A DNA stretch of 64,000 bases. It comes from Kudoa neothunni. Lineage: Eukaryota > Animalia > Cnidaria. Below, in pieces: positions 26,630 through 40,630 of the stretch; position 1 is the first letter of the stretch; every line of letters starts with the position of its first letter. The notes beneath the pieces were generated by a model. It had not been told where the DNA came from and made no database searches. It saw only the letters and a program-made list of their open reading frames with translations. The stretch covers positions 1,024,809-1,088,808 of the forward strand of contig OZ199838.1 of assembly GCA_964304625.1 (NCBI GenBank), in the 5' to 3' direction. Position numbers and translations under genes: made by a program.

Positions 26630-29467
26630 TGTTTGGAAAATAAATACTTAATTTAAATCGGGTTCGTATTTTTACGAATACATATATATATATATATATA
26701 TATTGTAATTAAGAATAATATTTACCAATTGATACATAAAGGGACCATATTTGAATAAATAATACTATTATCCTATTTATATGGTTCTAATTTTCGGTAT
26801 ACAAGTAATCGTCCAAATTTACAATCAAAAAAATATTAAACAAAAATATTTATGGATAAACTTTAGATTATATATATTTTTTATTATGAAATAATTCATT
26901 TTATAACTTTAGGTTTTTTATTCAAGGTAATCTAATAACCTTTAGAGATTATTGTCAACAGTTCATATCTGTCATTGCCGAAACCTTCATGACTGAAATT
27001 AGAATGTTTTGAAATGGCTTAAATATGAGATCTAACAACATGTATTATTCTAATGGATAATTTGTATCATTAATAATATGTGTAAATTTTAATGTAATGG
27101 TTATAAACACAGGAAAAGTTATCTAGACATATTACTTTATATTACAGAATTATAAAAATGTTCATAAATAATCATTATTTAAAAATTTTAGAGAATAAAT
27201 TACATGCTTACTCGTTATTATTTTAAAAATCAATACCTTAATATATTTTTTATTAACCCATAAAGTTATAAAATTACAAATTATTTTCGGATCTGAAGTA
27301 TTCTATGTATATAATTGGATGTAAAATAGAGTTTATATGCCCTAGCTTTAATATTATGGCCAAATATTCTCCTCAAGTTAAATATAAATCTCAATTCCTG
27401 TTATATGATCTTTTTGATTAATTTAGAACTTTTCTAAAGTATACCACAAATTATCATAATTATTTAATAGATAACCAAGAACTGTTTCCATGTTTGTCAT
27501 AATGTTTTGGAGTTTTTTATAATCATATATGTGTTTCAAAATTATAATACGTAAATTTTTAGCCCATATTTTTGACCACCGGCGGTCTGTTTGGTGTTGA
27601 TTCTTTATAAAATATAATATTAATAAAAATATAATTGAAAATTTATTCTTTTAATAATTATTCGAGGAAATAAAAATAAAAATGTCCTATGATTGTATAG
27701 TTCAATACGTTAGAAAAATGACAGTGGCTATTCTCATCGAAACGAATAACTCCTCCGTTATAGATGACATTTCGAATCTTACTTCAAATTTGAATAGAGT
27801 TATTTTTAATTTAAAAATTAATTCAAAATTTAAAGAATAAAAATTCAACACTGCTTTATTTACACTGTTCACTTGTAGTGTACTCACGTTTTGGAATCTA
27901 ATATTGTGTGATATAAATATTTTAGTTGAAATGAAAAGTAAAAACATTTAGTAATAAATAGAAACTGTTCTGTTCGTGCATTTTTGTGTCACCCACCATG
28001 TCTGAATATGTGCGTGAATCCTATTTGATTATGGGGTGTTCTATTTCGTGAGACTACTTCTATGATTTAAAGACCTTTGAAACAACTGAAATCTGTAGAA
28101 TAAGTTTATATATTACATTCAGTTAAAGAAGAGAAATTTGAGCTTTCGTAAGATATAAAATACCAATTGCATGGAATTAGTCTGAAACGTGGTATCATTA
28201 TTGCTTCTTATGAAGCGCTTTTAAATTGATTTTCTCAAATCTATACCTTTTATTAAAAAATATTATCGTACGGTTAACGTTTCGAATGTGGTTATTTTAG
28301 AGAAATATTTTGGGAGCATAGCTAAACTACCATGGCTAGCGGATAAGTTGATCAATTCTTCATTGGGTGAAAATTTATTTTTCTGAACTATGAAAATTAC
28401 ACATTCCTCATTATCGGGTAGCAATTGTTTTCAATCTTAAAATGAAATTTTTCAGAACAATTCAAAATCCTAAAGTACGAATTAACTGTTATTTTTACTC
28501 CAACATTGTTTATTATAATATTTACTACATTTCTTCGTTGGTTCGCACTACAAAAGTAAAAGCAAAAGTTCCCCAAAAATCACCACTCAAAAATTTCCAT
28601 TTCATAAACCAACCCACTGAGACACTATCAGAGGAATTAATGCAGAAAAATTAGAATCACCCTACTTGTTATAAATTGATAAATGAGTTTAAATTAAGAA
28701 ATATAGGTTTACTCGTAAATTTAAACTCATAGGTTCCTGTATTAATGGGTTCTAATTTTCAAGAATAGACATCATGGGAACCTTTCTCAAATTTCTGATT
28801 TATGTAAATACATTTGTAGGGAAAAAAACAATGAAAATTCTCCGAAATTATGGTACAATCTTATAGATACATATGCAAAGTGGTTTACAGCGATTTAAAC
28901 TAGTTCGAATCCTATGAATATCCATTAATTAACGACTGTTTTGTTAAATTAATATTGAAGAATGTTTAGAAAGAAACGTACATGTTTCATGAAAAATTGG
29001 AGATGACTTATTCTAAATTAAACAGCGTGAGTTGAGACGTCTTAAACTGACGGTTTAAAACCTCCATTTGATATTTTACGTTTCATTCTAACTAAAATGT
29101 TTATATTACACAACATGAGGCCAAAAAAATGTGGTTGACTTATTGAACAGTGTAAATATGGAACGTAAAATGTCAAATTTTTATTCTTTAAATTCTCAAA
29201 CAATTTTTTCGTAAAAAATCAGATAAAAAATAGCTAAATTCAAATGTGAACTCAGATTTGAAATATCATCTATAACGGAGGAGTTATTCGTTTCGATGAG
29301 AGTAGACACTGCCTAGAAAAATATTTAATTAGTCATCCTAAAAAATTATTTCGACAATTTTAATATTACTACTTATTTCTCACATGTATTTATTGATTAA
29401 TTTTAAACAAACTTTATGTCCACAAACTACAATAATTAATGAAATAATGAATGTTTTAATTATTTAA

Positions 29468-30640
29468 TTCTCTAATGATCCCAAAAACGATGAACGTGTA
29501 ATGGACTTTGAGGTAAATTTTATCCCACAATTTTTTAGGAATTATACCACTTAAAAAATCTAATAATAAATATTGTAGAATAATTTTTAATTCCTATGGT
29601 TGGAACATCGGCATTTGTAAACTAAATTTTGACGTAATTCACGCGATAATCGACTTAGTTTATGGTCCGTCCATGTAGGTACACATAGATATTCATTAAA
29701 AAAGTAATCGCGTTAATTCAATGGAATTAAACGTGTTTCTCCAGTTGAAATATCAAAACACAACATAAAAAGAATTATTGAATGTTATACGAAGTTAAAA
29801 CAGTTTTTAAATGCGTGAATTGGACAATAAAATTTATAACAATTTTCACATTATTTCAAGGTGTTTTATCATTTTTCCTCCCACTGTATTTACATGTTTT
29901 TCGCTTTGCATTAAGAAGAGGTTTCTGTTGGGGTGCATAAACAATGCTGAGACCTGTTTTTATTGTATTGTTTGTAGAATTTGTTGCCAACAATATTTTT
30001 TATAATTGTTCACCGATTCCTTTAAGAAAATCACGCATTTTGATTTATTGAGAACAACATATTTCAACGTATACTTTTCACGGAATATGAAAATGCTCCC
30101 ACAACGGGCTCTATTTGGTAATGATTTGAGTCATGGTGGAATCTCTAATTATTAACTTGATGTCTCTATGATAAATTTTATCCAATAATTTTTCAGCAAG
30201 AAACATCGATAAGAAGACATTTTCGTCAACAACATGATGTTCATTCTCTGATAAACAAAATTCATCAACGAAGTCATTTTGAATCACACATCTACATATA
30301 ATTCGCAGTTGCGATTTCATTAATTTATTTATCATTTCCTTACTTTCTACAAAAACCACTCATCGTGATTTTATTTTATTTAAGTTAGAAATGGTTTACA
30401 TTTTTTGAAATATTCTAAATCAAAAAAAACTTGAGGTTAATTTTACACCAAAGACCATTTCAAGATTAAATTAAAATTAAAACTATACAATAATTTGTCA
30501 ACAAAAATATTTTCGTCAAACTAAGGACAAAATTTTATTAGAAAAATAACTGGAATCAATTAGGTATTGGTTAGCTGTATAAAAGATATACCATTAATAA
30601 ATCGTTTTGTGGTAAATTATACCCCAATACCATTAGTGTG
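29468..30640 (-). mobile_element. Internally deleted piggyBac-like element (spacer 4 copy)
   Basis: Colinear homolog of 11841-12998 with a degenerate right end. Confidence 0.7.
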
Positions 30641-30808
30641 TTGCAAACCCTTAATTTTAAATTTTACAAGAGTAAAATTAAATAAATAATAGCGATTTTA
30701 TGTAATAATTTAGATTTAATTTATTTTACCTTTTTATCTAGAATATATATGATAAAATGGGTTTCAATAATTAATCCTTAAAGGACAACATTCGACCACT
30801 CTTGTTAA

Positions 30809-33800
30809 CCCTTCTGGGACGAAGCGGGGTAGTTCGTGCACCCCAATGAATGTATTTGTTGAAATTTTCCTCTTAAAATTTTAAAGAACCATATTTGGCT
30901 TCGGGTAATCTTCCAACATAATTAATGCTTCGTATATATTAGAAAACGTTTTTTATATCCTTTAAATTCAACGTAGATAAGGCATCTTTAAATTTGAAGT
31001 TATTTATTTTCGTGTTAATAATACTTGCTAATTCTTTTAAATGATATTGTTATTATAAAAAAATAATAACAAATACCTAAAAAGATTTTAGAATATAAAT
31101 AAAAGACGAATGAGCCCAATAACAGTCAGTCCTTAATTGTCACCGACGGAGCCCGATGGATTATTGTATTAATATGAGATTATCCAGAAAGTCGCGCGAA
31201 TCACGTTTTAATCGTTCAGGTTTGTAATTGTATGCAGATTTATAAAAAATTTTGCAAAAACTTAATATTTCTATAGAAAAAATGGCATACGAAGATAATT
31301 CAGATGATCCCATCAGCGATTTTGTCGGTGAAGAAGCATATGTTGATAGTGACGTAGATTTTGAAGGACATTTATCAGATGAATCATTTTATGAGGATTG
31401 TGTGGAATATCCTGAGGACTCGGAGAATCAAAAAATGAACGATCACGATAATGATGGGAACCCAATTGAAATATCGACGTCTAAATCGGGATTTCAGTGG
31501 GGGTGTGGTCTAAAATCCAGAACACGCACCAATTTCCACAATTTTGTTAATGTTAATTCTGGCCCTATCGGTGACGCAAGCAATATCTCTGATATTTTGT
31601 CATTGTTCATACTATTGTTTTTCTAATTTTGTATTAGAACAAATACTATTCTATACGAATAAATTTCGGCAATCCATTGATCGCTATAACAGCATGAATG
31701 CAATAACAATGGAGGAATTGATGGCTTTTCTGGGTGTTTTGATTGCAGCTGGACGTGGTAATGGATCTAGAGTATCGTTGAGAAACATTTGGGAAATGAA
31801 TCCGTTATTTAAGCAAGCATTCTTCTCAGCCGCTATTTCGTGAGATAGATTCAGTCTTATTTACCGAACCATTCATTTCGATGGAAGGTCAACAAGAGCG
31901 TCAAGGTTTTACACTTCTCGAGATAAATTTGAACCAATTCGTGAGATTTTTGAACAAATTAACGAAGCATTCAAAAAAAACTATTCGCCTGGTACGCACA
32001 TAACGGTTGGTGAGCGAATAGTAGGTTTCCGTGGCAGATGTCCCTTTCGAGTTTATATAAAAAGTAAGCCTGTCCGGTTTGGCATGAAATTGTGGGTTGC
32101 CGCTGACGTTAATACGTCATATTTGCTGAACGTTCAGCCATACACCGGAAAAATCGGAAACGTCAAAGAAAGTAAGCAAGGTGAAAGGGTTGTCAAGGAT
32201 CTCATGAGTCCGTTTTATGGTAGTGGAAGAGGATTGACCACCGACAACTTTTTCACCTCCGTTCCTTTGGCGTTATTTTTGTTGGAGAGAAATATAACTT
32301 TGACTGGGACGCTAAGAAAAAATAACAGATATATTCCTGAAATCCTCCGAAACAACGCTAATCATAATGAACTCTCCTCAACTTTTTGTTTCTCTGACGA
32401 CTTGACAATTGTGTCGTATGTTCCAAAGAAGAATCGTAATGTTTTTCTGTTATCCACGGAATATCACGATAGCTCGGTTGAACAATCAGAAAGAAGACGG
32501 CCTGAGATTATTGTTCATTACAATAAGACGAAGGGAGGTGTTGATAACGGTGACCGGATGACCCAACTCTATACCTGTTCGCGAACAACAAGAAGATGGC
32601 CTTTAAAAATGTTTATGGACCTGATTGACATGTCAGCGTTGAATGCTTACATAATTTGGGTGTCAAACAATCCAGATTGACGATCAACTGATCGAAGTCG
32701 CAGGCAGTATTTTCTTCGTGAATTGGCGACCGAACTCACCAAACCCAATGTTTATCATGTACATCTCAAATCTGGATTCGATATATTTAATAACCACGTG
32801 GGAAATAATGAATTATCCACTTCGAGCAACGAAATTTCAACGGGATCTCATTCAAGATATACCCACTGCCCTAGAACTATTGACCGGAAAACTAGAATTT
32901 TTTGCAGTGTATGCAAAAAACCTGTATGTCGGTCTGTTATGTATGCAGTGGCGCGTGCGCAAATAGATAGTGTTCGGTTTGGCATTGTGTTTGTCCTGAC
33001 GCTTACAACCATCTCATTGGTGACAGGAGTGGGATGAAAATAAAAGAATTGAATTTTAACGAACCAATCGAATAACAGTTGGAAGAAATTAACGCCACCG
33101 TTAGTCTAAAGTCTTACGATGAAGATCAAATCTTCTCATACATTACGCTGGCAATACCTAAACACCTTCGACACACATCGTCCCAAATATGGCTGAAATT
33201 GGTGGAGCTAACCCAGTAAACATCATCAAGACGAGGATTCTTACCTATGCGGCCGGGTTCAGAAATCCAGAAAGAAAATGGAACGACTTTATGGCTGCAT
33301 CGGGAATGGACGGTGAAAGAATAGAAGAATACGTCGTTCGTATCTCTGCGCTTCTACATTGTGCGAGACCGAATGCCACCCAAGATGATGCTTATTTCTT
33401 TATCAAACCTAAGATAATTGCATGCATTCCTGGACATTTTCAACCCGTGGTACGTACGGATGATACCGAATCTTGGATTGCAAAACCTTATTTTAATGTG
33501 TCAATCATATTTGGACAACGTAAAGGAACCAATGCAGGAAGATAATGGAGTCCTTCCGGTCAAAAGAGATTTTGGTGAAAAGAGAACATGGTCTAGAGTT
33601 AACTGCTGGAATTACGGAGGAATCGGCCATATACAAAAACGCAAAAATATTTTTAAAAAATTTAAGTGAGATTCAAGATAAATATAAGAATTTAATACGT
33701 ATAAATGTATTCGAAAATGGACAATTAGTTTGGTTAAAATGTCAAAACCGAAGTAGCAAATTTTCGCCAGTTTGGAATGGACCCTATAAAATTATTGATA

Positions 33801-34945
33801 AAATAAGTTACACGATAGAAACGATGGGAGGAGAATCAATGGTAGTATATCAACAAAATAAGGCCATTTGTGAAATCCGTTTATCCTGTCTACATGAAGA
33901 GAACAAAACCAGCCAATAATGACTGACAGGTTGTTGATGATTTATGTTTCCGTGATGCAACATCTGATAAAGGGAGATGTGCTGAAACTTCAGAGACGTA
34001 CTTGAATAGCAATTCTAAAAACGTTTCTCAAAAACGACCACATAGACAACGGAAGATACCTCTACATTTAAATGACTATCTTATGAATATAGAAGGGGAG
34101 GAATGTTATGTATGTAGTGGCACGTGTGTATATAGATAGTGTTCGGTTTGGCATTGTGTTTGTCCTGAAGCTTACAACTATCACACGGTCACATCGTGTT
34201 CAAAAATATGTTGTGTAATGTTCACATTGCAATTTAAATCCGAATTGATAAATTATTATATCGTATAATACAACATATTTTGTTACATTTAGAAATTTGT
34301 CGTACCTATAAACAATAATTAGTTTCTCACAGCTTATACTATAAACACTACTTTAGGAATTTTATTGAAAATTTACTTAGAAATAATAACATATAATGGC
34401 TGTTAACCTGTAAATTTATAATCAGTTTATTTTATTTTAAAAAATTTATTTTTGGTATTAAAATTTATTTATGCCGGGATAACACAAATTTGAAGTTAGT
34501 TTATTAAGACTGATTGCTTCAAATCGCTTCCCGGCTAGTTTAATCCTCGGCATAATTATAAGATTAACGAATATCGTCGGATAATCTCATAACGATGCTG
34601 CCTTCGGCCGTTTCGTAAAAATAGTAGAAACTTACTAAAAATTGGCACTAAGTTTTCTTTAAATTTATAGATGTCCATTTTATCACATAATCTACATTTC
34701 TGGTAAGTATAATGTTTTTCCATGCCTTTTTTATGGAAATACCCATTATTAATCACTTGTATTTTTCCTCTAAATGATTTAATTATTTTCACTTCTAAGG
34801 TCGTTTTATTCAAGCTTATATGAATGTTAACCATTTGAAATAATAAATCTTATCAAATAAGCGCAGCAACATTGAGAATCTCTGGGGTAAGTGAACTACC
34901 CCCACCGGCACTCGCGTAAGTTTTTTGAGTTCCGGCTTCCAAGGG
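30809..34945 (+). mobile_element. piggyBac transposon (PGBD4-like, inactivated)
   Basis: TTAA TSD at 30805-30808 and 34946-34949. Termini CCCTT...AAGGG. Subterminal inverted repeat GGGGTAGTTCGTGCACCCCA / TGGGGTAAGTGAACTACCCC. Transposase fragments 31282-32934 (FRGRCPFRVYIKSKP, TTDNFFTS, GGVD). The first catalytic Asp reads Gly (TVGE), and there are stops and frameshifts. The empty site CTTGTTAAGTCAAATCAGGGG is present in other spacers. Confidence 0.95.
32935..34185 (+). mobile_element. Miniature non-autonomous LTR retroelement (Ty3/gypsy-derived) nested in the piggyBac
   Basis: 82-bp LTRs at 32935-33016 and 34104-34185 (TG...CA, 8 differences). 5-bp TSD CGGTC. PBS TGGTGACAGGAGTGGGAT at 33018-33035 (tRNA-Leu type). 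PPT AGAAGGGGAGGAA at 34091-34103. Gag-like fragments with a degenerate Zn knuckle (CWNYGGIGH) and an integrase GPY/F motif (KFSPVWNGPYKI). Confidence 0.93.
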
Positions 34946-36129
34946 TTAAGACAATCGGGGGCTCCAGGGACCACGATGACCCCTTTATCATATTGGAGGT
35001 TAACGAATGATCTACCAAGTTTCACTATGCCATTTAGCAGGCGGTAACAGGGATATTTTAATTATACTATTGAATCATTTGTAATATAAAGTTTTGTTAA
35101 AATCAGTATAGTCTATCGTTTGATGTTAGTCATTTTTGTAAATATTTTTAGTACAATGGTACAATACTGTTAGTTCCTTCTATCGACATCAAAATAACGT
35201 AGAAACCGATGTATCCTACTTTTTACTTTTAATTTTACGAGTTAAATGAACGATGTTTCCGGATTTGTGGAAAGAAACATTATAATTAGGGAATACAATT
35301 TTCGTCGTTAATTATGCGAGCCGAATATCATGACCTTTTATTCTGCGATAAAAACACCCTAACTTCAAAAATAATATGATCAGTTTGTGACAATTTTTTA
35401 TTATAATTCCGTTGCAATTTACACATATAATGAGAATTATGTAGATGTTAAAAACTTGTTCATTCGAATTTGCGCGCATAGTAAATGTCGAATACTACGG
35501 TCACAACTTATAATGTCACTTTTAAAACTGGTTTGATAGAAATTCTGGGATTTTTATTTGTCTTTCTCGTTCACCATTCATTAATTCGAGAGGAAATAAT
35601 ATAAAAACTGTTACGTTTTCCTTAATTTTTTATATTAACATAGCATGAATTTTTATTGATTTATTAAGACCAACGATTTATATCCTGCCGCTGCTTTTTA
35701 TAGGAAATATGTATGGTCAATGTAGGATTAATTTTGGGTATAATCCATATTAATCTACTTAATATTGAGCTAATAAAGGTTGAATACCAGCTTAATTAAA
35801 TAAGAGATACTCATCCCATTTTTGTATCTGTCGATCGATAATATATTTTTCAAGGGTGTAATTGGAATTAAAGAAGATAAAAAAAGTTACACAATAAAAT
35901 ATTGACAAGATGGTTCAATGGACACTCTGGTTATCATTTAAGAATTAAAATAATTAATTCCAAAATAAAAACAATAATACTTATTTCTGGTTATATTCAA
36001 GTTTTACTATTTATCAATCAACGTAATTGACTCACAGATATAATAATTTGTTAGAATTCAAAAACGAAAACTAAATGTCGTATACAATTTTCTAAAATTG
36101 ACAATATAGACAAAACAGTTATTCATAAT

Positions 36130-36185
36130 CCTTCGTAATTTAAACCCTTCGTAATTTAAACCCTTCGTAATTTAAACCCTTCGTA
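36130..36185. repeat. 16-bp minisatellite (CCTTCGTAATTTAAAC) x ~3.5
   Basis: Direct inspection. Related single-copy sequence at the equivalent position of other spacers. Confidence 0.85.
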
Positions 36186-36435
36186 TACATAAGAAAATTC
36201 CTACACATTATTATAATATGTTTAAATTAGGAAATATTATTTATAAAATAAAAATTTGACGAGAAATACAAGAATACTTCTACAAATAAATATAAATAAT
36301 GTTTGAAAAACTAAATGTGATAAAATAACAAAATTTAATGTTGTCTATAAACTTTTTCATTCGTTAATGGTATCTCTTATTTTTAATTTGAAAATAGCCT
36401 ATATTAACATTGTTAGCTTCAATTTATCAGGGGTT

Positions 36436-38055
36436 TTATTTATACCAGCACAACAATGGCCCCAAAGTACATTCCTTTGGCTTAGGGGTTGAACTTGAAC
36501 TATCAGGAGTCGAAACAGATACATTACTAGTAGATCCAGCTTTAGCGTCGACATCTTCCATTGAGTGGTCATTTTGAATCGTAATACTCTCTTGCACATT
36601 AACCTTAGTTACTAGATCTTCTTCGACTTTCTGATTAACGTCTCGAGTGGTCTGCTGTTCAGAAAGTTCAACAATGGTAACAGGAACGGCAACAGTGGCA
36701 GACAAGGGAGTTTTGCAAATAGCTTCACATGCTCCTATATTTTCAAAGTTATTCAAGTTCATTTCTCTTCCGTTTGACATGAATCTCTGACAAGTCTTTC
36801 CATTTCCTTCAGAAATTCCATAATAAAATCGTTCTATCTGGTATACATCATTTTCAGCAGCGTCTCCAACCTTTGGTTGATTACACGCATCAACAGCTTT
36901 AAGTTCACCAACGTGAGCAGCTATTTTTTTAATTTTCATATCGTAAATAAAAATTAACATTTTCGTTATAATGAAATACTGGCAGGGCAATAACTTGCGC
37001 ATAGTTCCACTGAGCTAAATATATTATTCTCCCCATCGTCGATTTTGACAGTTTCACCAGGGGCTAACGTCAAAAAAGGGAGGCAAGCCTTTCTTGTTTT
37101 GTTAAAATAGTAATATTCTCTTAAATTAGCTTTATTAATACCAGTATTTGAAGGTGGCACTTGGTAAGGGCTGGTTGCATTGCACGCGGCGACGTAGTCA
37201 GCTACATGTGATTACATATGAGTTCCTAACACAATGAATACTGATGCATATATCTGCACATGTTGGTAGATCATTAAAATAACCTCTTTTGGCATGCTCG
37301 CCCACAGCGGCATAAACACATTGCTTCTTGTCTTTACGGAGAATAATTCCCATTTTTGGTGTTGCATTATCCACTTCTGCTGCGAATAGACAGTCAAACT
37401 CATTAGGGACTTTTGTCAGTTTGTCTTCACCAGGTGTCCCATCGACCTTACTGTTTACTTGATCTAAAATAATTTTCTCAATATAATTCTATAATTTTTA
37501 CATTCTTACTTTGGCAGGCATTTTTACATTCAGTTTCAGTTTCAAAATTATTGGCATTCCCGCCACATCCGCTGTACTCGAATTTGTGGCAAGAGTTTTT
37601 GGCAACACCGCCTTCGATAGCAGATTTTGAGTAATACCATCTGACTGATTTATTTTCCCCTGATAACTTACATGAACCCTTTGATACTTTGAATTCACAA
37701 GCATTTGATTTCTCTTCAGGTGTGAATTTTACTAGTTAATGTATTAAATTACGTAAATTAATAATCGATTACGATGATTCTCACAAACAGCCTTTGATAC
37801 AAAATTATTAAAATTTCCAAGAGATCCCAAATATTTGAATGGTTTGCATTTGGCGGTATTAACGTCTATATACCATCTATCAACTACGGCTGCATCTTGC
37901 TGTGGTTTAGTCATCCAAGAAGGAGGAGCACCAGCATCCAATTCATAAGAATCCAATGCTCGTTCTATTATTAAATAATTATATTTATTGTAAATATCAA
38001 GATAACCGAGTGAAATAGTTGTCATAAAAGACGAAAATATCCACAGAATAATCAT
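36436..38055 (-). CDS. Secreted penta-Kunitz protein, copy 5 (6 exons)
   Basis: ATG at 38055. Exons 1-2 nearly identical to copy 4. Exon 5/6 junction identical to copy 6. Ends CTLGPLLCWYK*. Confidence 0.9.
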
Positions 38056-39461
38056 TGTTTGGAAAATAAATACTTAATTTAAATCGGGTTCGTATTTTTA
38101 CGAATAAATATATTGTAATTAAGAATAATATTTACCTATTGATACATACAGGGACCATATTTAAATAAATAATACTATTATCCTATTTATATGATTCTAA
38201 TTTTCGGTATACAAGTAATCGTCCAAATGTATAATTAAACAAATATTAAACAAAAATATTTATGGATAAACTTTAGATGATAAATCTTTTTAATGGTGAA
38301 ATAACTTATTTTATATTCTATATTTAAGACAATCAAATGACTTATTAAGATTACTATCCACAGTTCATATTTGTCATTGACAAAACCTTCATGATTGAAA
38401 TTGGAATATATAGAAATGGCTTAAGTATGAGATCTAACAACATGTACTATTCTAATGGATAATTTGTAGCATTAATAATACATATAAATTTTTATGTAAT
38501 GATTAAAAACACCGGAAAAAGTTATCTAAACTTATTACTGTATATTACGGAATAATAAAAATTTCCATAAATAATCATTATTCGAAAATATTCATATTAT
38601 AAATATACCCATTGAGACACAGCCAGAGGGATTATTTCAGAAAACATAGAATCACCTGCTTGTTAAAAATTGATAAATGACTTTAAATTAATAAGTAAAG
38701 GTACACTCTTAAATCTAAACTCATAGGTTCCAGTATTTATAGGTTCTGTATTCACGAATATGCATCATGGAAATCATTCTCGTACTTCCAATTAAAGTCA
38801 ATACATTTGTAGCGGCAAAAAAACGAACATTCTCCGAAATTATGGTACAATCATATAAAGACATCTGAAAAATGGTTTACATCGATGTAAAATAGTTCGA
38901 ATCCCATGAATGTTCATTAATTAACGACTATTTTGTTAAATTAATATTTAAAAATGTTTAGATAGAAACGTACATGTTTCATGAATAATTGGAGATGGCT
39001 TATTCTAAATTATACTGAGTGTGTTGAGACGTATTAAACTAACGGTTTTCAACCACCATTAGATATGTTTACAATTCATTTCAACTAAGTTGTTTATATT
39101 ACACAATATTAGGCTCAAAAAAATGTGGTTGATTTATTGAACAGTGTAAATATGGAACGTAAAATGTCAAATTTTTATTCTTTAAATTCTCAAACAATTT
39201 TTTCGTAAAAAATCAGATAAAAAATAGCTAAATTCAAATGTGAACTCAGATTTGAAATATCATCTATAACGGAGGAGTTATTCGTTTCGATGAGAGTAGA
39301 CACTGCCTAGAAAAATATTTAATTAGTCATCCTAAAAAATTATTTCGACAATTTTAATATTACTACTTATTTCTCACATGTATTTATTGATTAATTTTAA
39401 ACAAACTTTATGTCCACAAACTACAATAATTAATGAAATAATGAATGTTTTAATTATTTAA

Positions 39462-40630
39462 TTCTCTAATGATCCCAAAAATGATGAACATGTAATGGAT
39501 TTGGGGAAAATTTCACACCGCATTTTGTTTGAATAATAACACTTTAAAAAATATAAATATTGTAGAATAATTTTTAATTCCTAATGATGAAACACTGACA
39601 AATGTATATTAAATTTTGACGTAATCCACGCGATAATCGGCTTAGTTTATGGTCCGTCTATGTAGGTACACATAGATATTCATTAATAAAGTAATTGTGG
39701 TAGTTCAGCGGAATTAAACGTGTTGCGCTAGTTGAAATATTAAAACTAAACATAAAAAGAATTCTTGAAAGTTATTCGAAGTTAAAACAGTTTTTAAATG
39801 CGTGAATTGGACAATAAAACTTATAACAATTTTCGCACCTTTTAGAAGAGTTTTTATCTCTTTTCCTCTCACTGTATTTACATGTTTTTCGCTTTGCATT
39901 AAGAAGAGGTTTCTGTTGGGGTGCATAAACAATGCTGAGACCTGTTTTTATTGTATTGTTTGTAGAATTTGTTGCCAACAATATTTTTTATAATTGTTCA
40001 CCGATTCCTTTAAGAAAATCACACATTTTGATTTATTGAGAACAAAATATTTCAACGTATACTTTTCACGGAATATGAAAATACTCCCACAACGGGCTCT
40101 ATTTGGTAATGATTTGAGTCATGGTGGAATCTCTAATTATTAACTTAATGTCTCTATGATAAATTTTATCCAATAATTTATCAGCAAGAAACATCGATAA
40201 GAAGACATTTTCGTCAACAACATGATGTTCATTCTCTGATAAACAAAATTCATCAATGAAATCATTAGAATCACACATCTACATATAATTCGCGCAAATG
40301 ATTTAATTAATTTTTCTAACATTTCCTTACTTTCTACAAAAAGTACTCATAGAAATTTTATTTTATTTTAATTAGAAATGGGTTACATTTTTTGAAATAT
40401 TTGTAATCGAAAAAAACTTGAGGTTAATTTTACACCAAAGACCATTTCAAGATTAAATTAAAATTAAAACTTATACAATAATTTTTCAACAAAAATATTT
40501 TCGTCAAACTAAAGACAAAATTTTATTAGAAAAATAACTGGAATCAATTAGGTATTGGTTTGCTGTATAAAAAGATATACCATTAATAAATCCTTTTGGG
40601 GGTAAAATTTACCCCAATACCATTTGAGGG
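39462..40630 (-). mobile_element. Internally deleted piggyBac-like element (spacer 5 copy)
   Basis: TTAA flanks at 39458-39461 and 40631-40634. Cys-rich-domain ORF 39772-39981 is identical to 12151-12360. Confidence 0.8.

Noticed and set aside
33018-33035. tRNA-like sequence as a tRNA gene
   Set aside because: Only 18 nt, complementary to a tRNA 3' end and directly after an LTR, so it is a primer-binding site.
31252-33037. piggyBac, hAT or MULE ORFs as domesticated genes (PGBD4, GTF2IRD2, ZSWIM3)
   Set aside because: All have stops or frameshifts not bounded by splice sites, and they retain TIRs and TSDs, so they are dead transposons.
36130-36185. Short direct repeats as a CRISPR array
   Set aside because: Head-to-tail 16-bp units with no spacers, a eukaryotic context and no cas genes.
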